64,000 nt of DNA from Solirubrobacteraceae bacterium (GCA_035540675.1 DATLGB010000223.1:4502-68501), one strand, 5' to 3'. Positions 37,092 through 45,346 are shown, counted from the stretch's first letter. Notes: a model not told the origin generated them from the sequence alone. A program made the numbers and translations.

Positions 37092-37360
37092 ACGAGCCCC
37101 AGCTTCTTGAGGTAGCCGACGGCGAGGCCCGGAACGGCGCCGCCGAGGCGGCGGGTCGTGGCGAGCTGCTCGACGCCGTCGAGGTTGGTGGCGATGCCCA
37201 CGCCGGCCTGCAGGATGTCCTTCGCGTAGGAGTCGATCTCGCGCGCGGGCGCCATGATCCGCTGGAAGAGCGCGATCACGACGGCGAGCACCACGACGCC
37301 GAGCACGAGCCCGACGATCGCGAGCACGGCGCCGGCGGTCGACACGGCCAGGACGCTCAT
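37088..37360 (-). CDS. Small single-pass membrane protein, paralog 2 of 4 (90 aa)
   Basis: ATG 37360 (ATGA overlap). MSVLAVSTAGAVLAIVGLVLGVVVLAVVIALFQRIMAPAREID... Confidence 0.6.
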   Translation of the reverse strand: MSVLAVSTAGAVLAIVGLVLGVVVLAVVIALFQRIMAPAREIDSYAKDILQAGVGIATNLDGVEQLATTRRLGGAVPGLAVGYLKKLGLV

Positions 37361-37608
37361 CCGAACAGCTTCTCCCGCGCGGCGGCGAGGCTGCGCGTTA
37401 TGCGGTCGACGGTGTGGTTGGTCGTCCGGACCTCCCACAGCGGGTCCGTGTTCGCCGCCGCGCCCGCCAGGGCGCGCGTGATGTCCCCCGCCTGGCGCAC
37501 GATGCGCCGGCCCTCGCCGATGATCACCAGCAGCAGCGTCGCCGCGATCAGCACGACCACGAGCCCGACGCCCCAGCCGACGTACCAGCCGTAGGAGAGC
37601 GCGGTCAC
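37357..37608 (-). CDS. Small single-pass membrane protein, paralog 1 of 4 (83 aa)
   Basis: GTG 37608 (GTGA overlap with the DUF1059 stop). VTALSYGWYVGWGVGLVVVLIAATLLLVIIGEGRRIVRQAGDI... Confidence 0.55.
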   Translation of the reverse strand: MTALSYGWYVGWGVGLVVVLIAATLLLVIIGEGRRIVRQAGDITRALAGAAANTDPLWEVRTTNHTVDRITRSLAAAREKLFG

Positions 37609-37790
37609 TTCGACGGGAGGTCGCGGATCGCGGAGCGCGCGTAGCGGGCCAGCGTCGACGACTGCGAGAGGTCGACGCCGTGGACCTCCTTGGCGTGCTC
37701 GACCGCCTTCGCGAGGACCTCCTCCTCGGTCTCGCCCCGCACCTCGGCCTTGCACAGGACGCCGGCGTCCGCGCACTTGAAGCTCTTCAC
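37605..37790 (-). CDS. DUF1059-type small metal-binding protein (61 aa)
   Basis: GTG 37790 inside ORF 37605..37841. (M)KSFKCADAGVLCKAEVRGETEEEVLAKAVEHAKEVHG. Confidence 0.7.
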   Translation of the reverse strand: MKSFKCADAGVLCKAEVRGETEEEVLAKAVEHAKEVHGVDLSQSSTLARYARSAIRDLPSK

Positions 37791-37806
37791 GACGGGACCT
37801 CCACCG

Positions 37807-37870
37807 TTGACCTCTCCGCTCCCAGGCGGTAGATGTACCATACATACAGTGCCCGGTCCACCCGGACCGG
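37807..37870 (+). promoter_or_regulatory. Candidate sigma70-like promoter, overlapping palindrome and 5'-UTR hairpin in the divergent hydrogenase/hyp intergenic region
   Basis: TTGACC (37807-12), 17-nt spacer, TAGATG (37830-35). Palindrome ATGTA-cca-TACAT (37833-45) in the only AT-rich patch. Hairpin ccggtcc-accc-ggaccgg (37853-70). SD GGGAGGGAG at 37876-84. Confidence 0.3.
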
Positions 37871-37891
37871 CGTGTGGGAGGGAGAGCGACG

Positions 37892-39283
37892 GTGGCGACG
37901 CGAGCGAGGACGTCCGAGAAGACTCCGGCCGAGCGGCTGCTCGACGCCCTCGGCCCGGTCGAGGGGTTCAACCCCGACCATGGCGACTTCGGGTCACCGG
38001 CGCGGATGACGATGGAGGACTACCTCGCGCCCCACGCCGTCGCCGACGAGTCGACGCGCCTCGGCCCGCTCGAGAAGGTGCACCTCTTCTGGTTCGCCGG
38101 GATGAGCTGCGACGGCTGCAGCGTCGCGGTCACCGGCGCGCAGGCGCCGACCCTCGAGGGGCTGCTGATGGGCGCCCACCCGGGCCTGCCGCGCGTCGTG
38201 CTGCACCACCCGGTGGTCAACCTCGAGGCCGGCCCGGCCTACGTCCGCGCGGCCGAGCAGGCGCTCGCGGGAACGCTCGACGCGCCGTACGTGATCGTGC
38301 TCGAGGGTTCGATCAGCGACGAGACGATCCCGTACGCGTTCGGCGGCTACTGGGCGGGCCAGGGCGAGGAGCCCTGGGGGCCCGACGGCGAGCAGCGGAC
38401 CGTCACGGCCGACGAGTGGATCGCACGCATGGCCGACGGCGCCGCGGCGATGATCGCCATCGGCACGTGCGCCACCTGGGGCGGCATCCCGTCGGCGGCC
38501 GGCAACCCGACGGGGGCCATGAGCCTGATGGACTTCCTCGGCCGCGACTACCGCAGCACCTTCGGGGTGCCGGTCATCAACGTCCCGGGCTGCCCGCCGA
38601 TCGGCGACAACTTCACGGAGGCCGTCGCCGCGGTCGTGTACTTCCTGCAGGGCTTCGGGCCGCTGCCGGAGTTCGACGAGCTCGGACGGCCGGCCTGGCA
38701 GTTCGGCGAGACGGTGCACCGCCACTGCACGCGCGGCGCGTACTACGAGGAGGGCAACTTCGCGAAGGAGTACGGCGACAAGGAGTGCCTCGTCGAGCTC
38801 GGCTGCTGGGGCCCGGTCGTCAACTGCAACATCACCTCGCGCGGCGCCATCAACCACCACGGCGGGTGCATGAACGCCGGCGGCCCCTGCATCGGCTGCA
38901 CGATGCCCGGCTTCCCCGACAAGTTCACGCCGTTCTACAAGGCGCCGCCGGGCTCGAAGGTCTCCAGCACGATGTCGCGGATGCTCGGCTCCTTCATCCG
39001 CCCGCTGCGCGAGTACTCGAACGAGCACCTCAACCGGGAGGTGCGCTGGGACCTCGAGGGCCACGTCCCCAGCGGGTGGGCGCGGCGCCAGGAGGAGCCG
39101 GGGCCCATCCGGGCCGTCGGGCACCGCTTCTACGACCGGATGCGCCAGTCGACCGACGGCGCACGGCGCTCCGGCGAGACGTGGGGCAAGCGCGACGAGT
39201 TCACGTTGATGAAGGACCCGTCGCTGGATCGCCGCCTCCCGGGCGGCGAGGAGGAGACGCTCACCATCGACGAGGGGCGCTAG
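37892..39283 (+). CDS. [NiFe]-hydrogenase small subunit, no Tat signal, long hydrophilic C-terminal extension
   Basis: GTG 37892, 7 nt after GGGAGGGAG (track start 37874 also possible). FWFAGMSCDGCS, GTCATWGGIP, PGCPPIGDN, HRHC..C, CLVELGCWGPVVNC, GGCMNAGGPCIGCTMPGFPD. No RRxF motif. Confidence 0.9.
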   Translation: MATRARTSEKTPAERLLDALGPVEGFNPDHGDFGSPARMTMEDYLAPHAVADESTRLGPLEKVHLFWFAGMSCDGCSVAVTGAQAPTLEGLLMGAHPGLPRVVLHHPVVNLEAGPAYVRAAEQALAGTLDAPYVIVLEGSISDETIPYAFGGYWAGQGEEPWGPDGEQRTVTADEWIARMADGAAAMIAIGTCATWGGIPSAAGNPTGAMSLMDFLGRDYRSTFGVPVINVPGCPPIGDNFTEAVAAVVYFLQGFGPLPEFDELGRPAWQFGETVHRHCTRGAYYEEGNFAKEYGDKECLVELGCWGPVVNCNITSRGAINHHGGCMNAGGPCIGCTMPGFPDKFTPFYKAPPGSKVSSTMSRMLGSFIRPLREYSNEHLNREVRWDLEGHVPSGWARRQEEPGPIRAVGHRFYDRMRQSTDGARRSGETWGKRDEFTLMKDPSLDRRLPGGEEETLTIDEGR

Positions 39284-39287
39284 CGCC

Positions 39288-41189
39288 GTGTGCTTCAAGA
39301 ACCTCCCCATCGAGTTCGACGAGGGCGGCGTCGCCACCCTGCGCGGCGGCATCCCCAATCCCTACGCCGTCGAGGTGTCAAAGCCCCACGTGGGGATGAC
39401 CAACGACGAGCAGCGCGAGCAGATCGAGCGCCTCGTCGCGTCCAACGGGCACATCCGCGAGATCAACATGGACCCGGTCACGCGCGTGGCCGGCGCCATC
39501 GCGCTCAACATCGCCGCCAACCTCGACGACGGCAAGTACCTCGACGCGCGCTCGCAGGCGACGCTGTTCCGCGGCTACGAGGTGATCCTCATGGGCCGCG
39601 ACCCGCGCGACGCGATCTTCGTGTCCTCGCGCGCGTGCGGCGTCTGCGGCGGCGTCCACGCTCACTGCTCGGCCTACGCGATCGAGATGGCGATGGGCGT
39701 CGCGCCGCCGCCGATGGGGACCGTCGTGCGCAACCTCGGCGAGGCCGCCGAGATGGGCTACGACAACCCGCTGCACCTCTACCTGCTGGCCGGCCCCGAC
39801 TACTCCGAGATCGTCGTCCGCGCCACCAACCCGGAGATCTGGGAGAAGGCGCAGACGTGGAAGTGCCCCGGCGCCGAGCACCACGGCTTCAAGACCATGG
39901 GCGAGCTGATGACGGCGCTGAACCCGCTGACGGGCCGCCTGTACCGCGAAGGACTGGACTTCACCCGGCTGGCGCGCGAGATGTTCGTGCTGCTGCACGG
40001 CAAGTACCCGCACCCGCAGGCGATCGTCCCCGGCGGCGTCACCTCGACGATCTCGCTGCAGACGCTCAACGAGTACCAGGCCAAGCTCGGGCGCATCTTC
40101 GACTACGCCCAGCGCCTGGTCGCGGTGTGGGACGACATCCCGGAGTTCTTCTACGAATGCGACGAGCGCTACAAGCTCGTCGGCTCGCGGCCGGTCAACC
40201 TCGTCGACACCGGCTTCTGGGACGACCCCTACGCCTACGACGCCACGTACGAGAACTGCAACGAGTGGGGCGCGCGCCGCTGGTCGACGCCGGGCGCGAT
40301 CATCGACGGCGAGCTGGTCACGACGCGCCTGACCGACCTCAACATGGGCATCGAGGAGTTCGTCGAGCACTCCTACTACGAGCAGTGGGCGGGCGACCGC
40401 TACGAGACCGACCCGCTCGGCAACCCGCTCTCGCCCTACCACGCGTGGAACAAGCAGACGCTGCCCAAGCCGAGCGGGCGCAGCTGGAAGGACAAGTACA
40501 CCTGGGCCTGCACGCCGCGCTGGGACCGCCACGTCGTCGAGGCCGGCGCCTACAACCGCCTGTTCATGACGGCGCTGGCGCAGCAGCAGCCCGAGAACGA
40601 CTTCATCGAGGCCACCGGCACCGGCATCCGCATGTCGATCCCCAAGGGCTACACGAAGGCCGCCGAGGCCGAGTGGCGGATCCCGGACTCCTGGAACGCG
40701 TTCGAGCGCAACCGGGGGCGCGCCTACCACTACCTGTTCTCGCAGCTCGTCGGCCTGTCGAGCCTGCTCGAGGCCTACAAGCTCTTCCGCGCGGGTGAGA
40801 CGCGGGTCGCCGCGCTGAACTCCAAGGAGCTCGAGAAGGCGATGCCGCGCGACGAGCGGCGCGGCGTCGGCTTCTGGGGCGCCGGCCGGGGCTGGCTGAC
40901 GCACCACATCGTCATGGACAACGGCAAGATCACCAACTACCAGATCAACACCCCGTCGACCATCAACGCCTCGCCGCGCGACCCGTGGGGACAGCCCGGG
41001 CCGTACGAGCAGGCGGTCCAGAACACGCCGATCCTCGAGAAGTTCTCGAGTCCCGACGAGTTCACGTCGATCGACATGCTGCGGGCGCTGCGGTCGTTCG
41101 ACCCGTGCATGCCGTGCACGACCCACACGGCCACCGGCAACGGCACCGTGATCGGCCAGGTGAACACCTGCTCGTGCGGCGCCGACTGA
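39288..41189 (+). CDS. [NiFe]-hydrogenase large subunit (subgroup unassigned)
   Basis: L1 RACGVCGGVHAHC, L2 RSFDPCMPCTTH followed by a 20-aa cleavable-type tail. GC3-rich from the GTG at 39288. Atypical DPVTRVAGA and GAGRGWLTHH. Confidence 0.9.
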   Translation: MCFKNLPIEFDEGGVATLRGGIPNPYAVEVSKPHVGMTNDEQREQIERLVASNGHIREINMDPVTRVAGAIALNIAANLDDGKYLDARSQATLFRGYEVILMGRDPRDAIFVSSRACGVCGGVHAHCSAYAIEMAMGVAPPPMGTVVRNLGEAAEMGYDNPLHLYLLAGPDYSEIVVRATNPEIWEKAQTWKCPGAEHHGFKTMGELMTALNPLTGRLYREGLDFTRLAREMFVLLHGKYPHPQAIVPGGVTSTISLQTLNEYQAKLGRIFDYAQRLVAVWDDIPEFFYECDERYKLVGSRPVNLVDTGFWDDPYAYDATYENCNEWGARRWSTPGAIIDGELVTTRLTDLNMGIEEFVEHSYYEQWAGDRYETDPLGNPLSPYHAWNKQTLPKPSGRSWKDKYTWACTPRWDRHVVEAGAYNRLFMTALAQQQPENDFIEATGTGIRMSIPKGYTKAAEAEWRIPDSWNAFERNRGRAYHYLFSQLVGLSSLLEAYKLFRAGETRVAALNSKELEKAMPRDERRGVGFWGAGRGWLTHHIVMDNGKITNYQINTPSTINASPRDPWGQPGPYEQAVQNTPILEKFSSPDEFTSIDMLRALRSFDPCMPCTTHTATGNGTVIGQVNTCSCGAD

Positions 41190-41202
41190 GTCGCGGCGGC
41201 GC

Positions 41203-41688
41203 GTGATCCTCGTCGCCGGGGTCGCCGAGCTCTACCAGGGCGACCTCGACCTCGGGCGCGTCGCCGTCGCGCGGCTGCAGGAGGCCGGCCTCGGCGACGA
41301 CGTGCGGGTGGAGGAGCTCTCCTACGGCGCCGTGGCCGTGACGCAGCGGCTGCAGGAGCTGCGGCCGGACGCACTCGTCCTGATCGCGGCGCACCCGCGC
41401 GGCCGCGAGCCCGGCAGCGTCGAGCGGCGCGACGTCGGCCCCAGCGACCTCCCCGCGGCCGAGCTGCAGACGGCCATCGGCGACGCGATCACCGGCTACG
41501 TGACGGTCGACCTGCTCGTCGAGGTGGCGACGGCGCTGGAGGCGCTGCCGCCGCGAGTGGTCGCCATCGAGGTCGAGCCGGCGCGGGTCGAGCCGGTCGA
41601 CGAGCTGTCCGAGCCGGCGCGGGCGGGGCTCGAGCGGGCGCTCGAGCTCGTGCGCACGGAGGTCGAGCGCCTGCGGGCGCGCAGCTAG
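41203..41688 (+). CDS. Degenerate HyaD/HupD-family hydrogenase maturation protease-like protein
   Basis: Fold-level resemblance (ILVAGVAELYQGDLDLGRVAV...ALVLIAAHP...). By my alignment the GNxxxxD(D/E)GxG motif and the Glu/Asp/His metal ligands are not conserved. Confidence 0.55.
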   Translation: MILVAGVAELYQGDLDLGRVAVARLQEAGLGDDVRVEELSYGAVAVTQRLQELRPDALVLIAAHPRGREPGSVERRDVGPSDLPAAELQTAIGDAITGYVTVDLLVEVATALEALPPRVVAIEVEPARVEPVDELSEPARAGLERALELVRTEVERLRARS

Positions 41689-42419
41689 AGCGCCGGCACG
41701 ATCTCGTCCGGCGGCTCGAGCCGGGCGAGGTGCTGCGGGCGGACGGCGATCCGCCGCCCGTCGGGCTGCTCGATCACGAGCGCACCGTCGCGCAGCACGC
41801 TCGTCGCGGTGCCGGTGATCTGGACTCCATCCGGCCAGGTGGGGATGAGGTGCGCCCGGACCGGACGGCCGAGCGTCGCGCAACGCTCGCGATAGCGCGC
41901 GAGGGCGGCGTCGTCGGGCTCCTGGAGGCGCTCCACGGCCGCCGCCAGGCGGGCGATCAGCTCGCCGCGCGGGGAGGGCGCGTCGAGCACGAGCAGGTTG
42001 ACGACCGCCCACTCCACGCCGGTGGGACCGAGCCCCGCGTGCCCGGCCACGTCGGCCAGCCGGCGCTCGGTCGCCCACACCTGGTCGGGCCACTCGATCG
42101 CCGCAGCGGGATCGACCGCGTCGACCACGGCGGCCGCGGCGGCGACGAACAGCCAGCCCTCGTCGTCGGGCGCGAGCTGCGGCCGCAGCAGCAGCGAGAA
42201 GCACAGGTCGCGGCCCGGGCGAGGCGTCCACGGCAGGCCGCCGCGGCCGCGCGCGGCGGCCTGGTAGTCGGCGGTGACGACGGCGCCCGCAGGCCCGCCG
42301 GCGCGCGCCCAGGCGACGGCGTCGGCGTCGGTCGACATGACGGCGGGATAGGTGCGGACGGGGCGATCGCCGAGCGCGCGCGCGAGCGCGTCGGGGGTGA
42401 GGTCGTCGCTCAGCGCCAC
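41685..42419 (-). CDS. Biotin/lipoate protein ligase (BirA catalytic domain)-like protein
   Basis: Track ORF. ADYQAAARGRGGLPWTPRPGRDLCFSLLLRP resembles the GRGRxGRxWxSPxGxxL motif, but degenerate. Confidence 0.5.
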   Translation of the reverse strand: MALSDDLTPDALARALGDRPVRTYPAVMSTDADAVAWARAGGPAGAVVTADYQAAARGRGGLPWTPRPGRDLCFSLLLRPQLAPDDEGWLFVAAAAAVVDAVDPAAAIEWPDQVWATERRLADVAGHAGLGPTGVEWAVVNLLVLDAPSPRGELIARLAAAVERLQEPDDAALARYRERCATLGRPVRAHLIPTWPDGVQITGTATSVLRDGALVIEQPDGRRIAVRPQHLARLEPPDEIVPAL

Positions 42420-43645
42420 GGCCCGGGATCACCGTGGTCGAGCGCCGCCTGCGCGAAGACGTCCTGCAGCCGCATCCACTGCGGGATGTGGAAGCGCGCC
42501 ATGGCGCGGCGGACGGCCTCGCGGAACGTCTCGGCCGTGTCAGCGTCGGTCGCCGCCAGCGCCTGCATCGCGCTCGCCACGAGCCGGTCGAGCGCGTCCG
42601 ACGGCAACTCGAGCAGGGCGCCGAGCCAGATCTGCGCGACGTCGGTGGGGTCGCGACGGGCGCGCGCGTGGACCGCTACCCACTCCGCGGCATCGGAGCG
42701 GCGGGCGTCGTCGCCGGCGTCGGCGCTGCGCAGCAGCTCCTCCCGCGCGAGCTGCTCGGCCGCGAGGTCGCCGGCGGCATCGAGGGCGGTGCCGAGGTCC
42801 TCGGCCTGCGGGACCCCCAGGCGCCGGATTAGCTCAGCCGCCTGCGCGCGCACCGGCTCGGCGGCGCCGGGCGCCGCGAGCGCCTGCCGCGCCGCCAGGC
42901 GCGCCCGTGGCGCGTCGCCCGCGCGCTCGAGCGCCAGCGCCAGGTTGGCCTTGGCCATCGCGAAGGCGTCGGGGCGCAGCGCGCGCGGGCTCGAGGCGAC
43001 GGCGACCGCGAACGCCTCGGTCGCGGCCTCGGGACGTCCCCCGGCCAGTCGCGCCAGCCCCAGCGCGTTGGCGGCGGCGGCGCGCCCGGGGGCGTCCCCC
43101 GCGCGCTCGCTCAGCTCCACCGCAGCCTCGAGTGCCGCCTCGGCACCGTCGGCGTCGCCGGCGTCGAGCCGCGCGGCGCCGAGCTCGCGCAGTGCGGCGG
43201 CGGCCTGCGCCGGCACGCGCCGCTCGTCGAGGCGCTCCACCGCCCGCTCGAGCACGCGGGCGGCGGCCTCGGCGCGTCCTCCCTCGCGCATCACCAGCCC
43301 GAGGTTGTACAGCGCGGCGCCCTCGTCGAGGGGCAGGCCGGCGGCGGCCAGCCCGGCGGCGGCGTGCTCGAGCGCCCGCTCGGCGACGTCGAGGCGGCCG
43401 GCGGCACGCAGCGTGGCGCCGAGCCCGTTGAGCGCCTTCGCCTGCTCCGGACGCGCGCCGCGCAGGCCGAACAGGCCGGCCGCGGTCGTGAACGCCTCCT
43501 CGGCGGCGTCGAGCGCGCCCTGCGCGAGGAGCACGCCTCCGAGGTGGAACTGGACGGTGGCGTGCTGGAGCGGGTGGCGGTGCGCGTCGTAGCGCTCCAG
43601 CCGCCCGCGCAGCTCGTCGAGGACGTCGTCGGGAGCCGCCGCCAC
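42410..43645 (-). CDS. TPR-repeat protein
   Basis: Track ORF. At least 6 Ala/Leu/Gly-rich TPR-like repeats (ALNGLGATLRAAGRLDVAERALEHA...). Unrelated C-terminal helical domain. Confidence 0.6.
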   Translation of the reverse strand: MAAAPDDVLDELRGRLERYDAHRHPLQHATVQFHLGGVLLAQGALDAAEEAFTTAAGLFGLRGARPEQAKALNGLGATLRAAGRLDVAERALEHAAAGLAAAGLPLDEGAALYNLGLVMREGGRAEAAARVLERAVERLDERRVPAQAAAALRELGAARLDAGDADGAEAALEAAVELSERAGDAPGRAAAANALGLARLAGGRPEAATEAFAVAVASSPRALRPDAFAMAKANLALALERAGDAPRARLAARQALAAPGAAEPVRAQAAELIRRLGVPQAEDLGTALDAAGDLAAEQLAREELLRSADAGDDARRSDAAEWVAVHARARRDPTDVAQIWLGALLELPSDALDRLVASAMQALAATDADTAETFREAVRRAMARFHIPQWMRLQDVFAQAALDHGDPGPWR

Positions 43646-44266
43646 CTAGGCGTCCGCGCCGCCGCGCGGCAGGCGCGTCTCGATCTGCAGCAGCCCGGCA
43701 TCGGCCGGCCCCGCGGCCGGGGGCGGGAAGGCGTCGATCTGCAGCAGCGTCGGTCCGGGCGGCGGATGCGGCAGGGCGTCGTCCTCCTCGACCTCCATGG
43801 CCACGAAGCCGGGCATGCCCTCGCGCAGCGCCTCCTCCACGCCCCGGCGCAGCGTGATCGTCGACGCGGTGCAGCCCGAGCAGGCGCCCGAGAGCCGCAC
43901 GCGCACGACGCCGCCGGCGGCCTCGACGACGCTGACGTCTCCGCCGTGCGAGTGCAGGTAGGGGCGAACGCCGTCCAGCGCCGCCTCGGCCGCCGCGCGC
44001 TCGTCGACGCCGACGGCATACGCGTTCAGCAGCCAGCCGACGGCCGGGTCGGCGCCGCGCAGCCGCTCGACCTCGTCCGGATGCAGCGCGGCGGCGAGGC
44101 GGTGGAGCGCGTGTCGGTGGACGGCGTCGATGCCGTCGAGCAGCGAGAAGACCCGCGCGCGCACGGCCTCGTCGAGAGCGTCGACCGCCCGCAGGTCGTC
44201 CTCCATGTCGTCGAGCAGGTCGTCGAAGTCCGTCACCGGCGAAGTACCTTTCGTCACTTGGACCAT
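43646..44266 (-). CDS. NifU C-terminal (Nfu)-domain protein
   Basis: ATG 44266 in the frame of ORF 43646..45682. VRPYLHSHGGDVSVVEAAGGVVRVRLSGACSGCTASTITLR. Confidence 0.75.
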   Translation of the reverse strand: MVQVTKGTSPVTDFDDLLDDMEDDLRAVDALDEAVRARVFSLLDGIDAVHRHALHRLAAALHPDEVERLRGADPAVGWLLNAYAVGVDERAAAEAALDGVRPYLHSHGGDVSVVEAAGGVVRVRLSGACSGCTASTITLRRGVEEALREGMPGFVAMEVEEDDALPHPPPGPTLLQIDAFPPPAAGPADAGLLQIETRLPRGGADA

Positions 44267-44731
44267 ACCGGCCGCATCATCGTCGCGTGCGTGGGCAACG
44301 TCCTGCGGCTCGACGACGGTTTCGGGTACGCGGTCGCCGAGCGGCTCGGCGACGTGCCGCCGGGCGTCGAGGTGCTGGAGAGCGGCATCGGCGGCATGAT
44401 GGTCGTGCAGGAGCTGCTGGTCGGGGCGGACGGGCTGATCATCGTGGACGCCGTGGACCGCGGCGCGGCGCCCGGCACGCTGTTCGTGATCGAGCCGGAG
44501 GTGGAGCCGCCGTCGCAGGTCGGCGACATCCACCTGTCCAACCCGGACAAGGTGCTGTCGCTGGCCGGCGGCCTCGGGTGCCTGCCTGAGCGGCTCCTGC
44601 TGGTCGGCTGCCAGCCGCGCGACGTCGAGGGCATGGGTCGCCGCCTGTCGCCGGAGGTCGAGCGAGCCGTGGACCTGGCGGTCGACCGCATCCACGCGAT
44701 CCTGCGCGAGTGGACGGCCGCCCCGGCGTGA
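44258..44731 (+). CDS. Hydrogenase maturation endopeptidase (HyaD/HupD/HybD family), canonical
   Basis: IIVACVGNVLRLDDGFGYAV, LIIVDAV, GDIHLSNP. The start is uncertain: TTG 44258 is the only in-frame start upstream of the first strand, and it overlaps the divergent NifU-like start by 9 nt. Confidence 0.75.
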   Translation: MDHTGRIIVACVGNVLRLDDGFGYAVAERLGDVPPGVEVLESGIGGMMVVQELLVGADGLIIVDAVDRGAAPGTLFVIEPEVEPPSQVGDIHLSNPDKVLSLAGGLGCLPERLLLVGCQPRDVEGMGRRLSPEVERAVDLAVDRIHAILREWTAAPA

Positions 44732-45336
44732 GCGGCGACCGCGAGCGCTGGAACGAGCGGCACGCCGCCGCGCTGGCCGCCGGGCGGGCGAACGGGCCGC
44801 CGAGCGCGTGGCTGCTCGAGCACGCCGGTGTCGTGGCGGCGCAGCCGCGCGGCCGCGCGCTCGACGTCGCGTGCGGCCTCGGCCGCAACGCGCTGCACCT
44901 CGCCGCGATGGGCTTTCGGGTTCTCGCCCTGGACGTCTCCGACGTCGCGGTCGAGCACGTGGCGCGGCGCGCGCGCGAGCGGGGTCTGGCGGTGGAGGCG
45001 CGACGGGTCGACCTCGGTCGCGAAGCGCTGCCGCCGGGACCCTTCGAGGTCGTCGTGGTCGCGTCCTTTTTGGACCGCCGCCTGCTCGGGCCGCTGGCGC
45101 GGGCGCTCGCCCCGGGCGGGCTGCTGCTCTACGACACGTTCCTGGCCGATGCGACGGCGACCTGCGGCCCGCGCGATCCCGCGCACGTCCTGCGGCCGGG
45201 GGAGCTCTCCGCGGCCTTCGCCGGCCTCGAGCGGCTGGATCTGCGCGAAGGCGCCCCGGCGCCCGGCGAGCGCGCGCGGGCCCGGCTCCTCGCCCGCCGC
45301 CGCGACGGGTTGCCGGTGTGTGTTCCAGACACGTAG
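44728..45336 (+). CDS. Class I SAM-dependent methyltransferase (TehB/TPMT-like)
   Basis: GTGA-coupled to the protease. WNERH...ALDVACGLGRNALHLAAMGFRVLALDVS. Confidence 0.7.
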   Translation: MSGDRERWNERHAAALAAGRANGPPSAWLLEHAGVVAAQPRGRALDVACGLGRNALHLAAMGFRVLALDVSDVAVEHVARRARERGLAVEARRVDLGREALPPGPFEVVVVASFLDRRLLGPLARALAPGGLLLYDTFLADATATCGPRDPAHVLRPGELSAAFAGLERLDLREGAPAPGERARARLLARRRDGLPVCVPDT

Positions 45337-45346
45337 AATCGCGCCC

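Noticed and set aside
41090-41189. Possibility of a [NiFeSe]-type large subunit
   Set aside because: The C-terminal motif reads DPCMPCTTH, with both positions encoded as Cys (TGC). There is no in-frame TGA in the large subunit.
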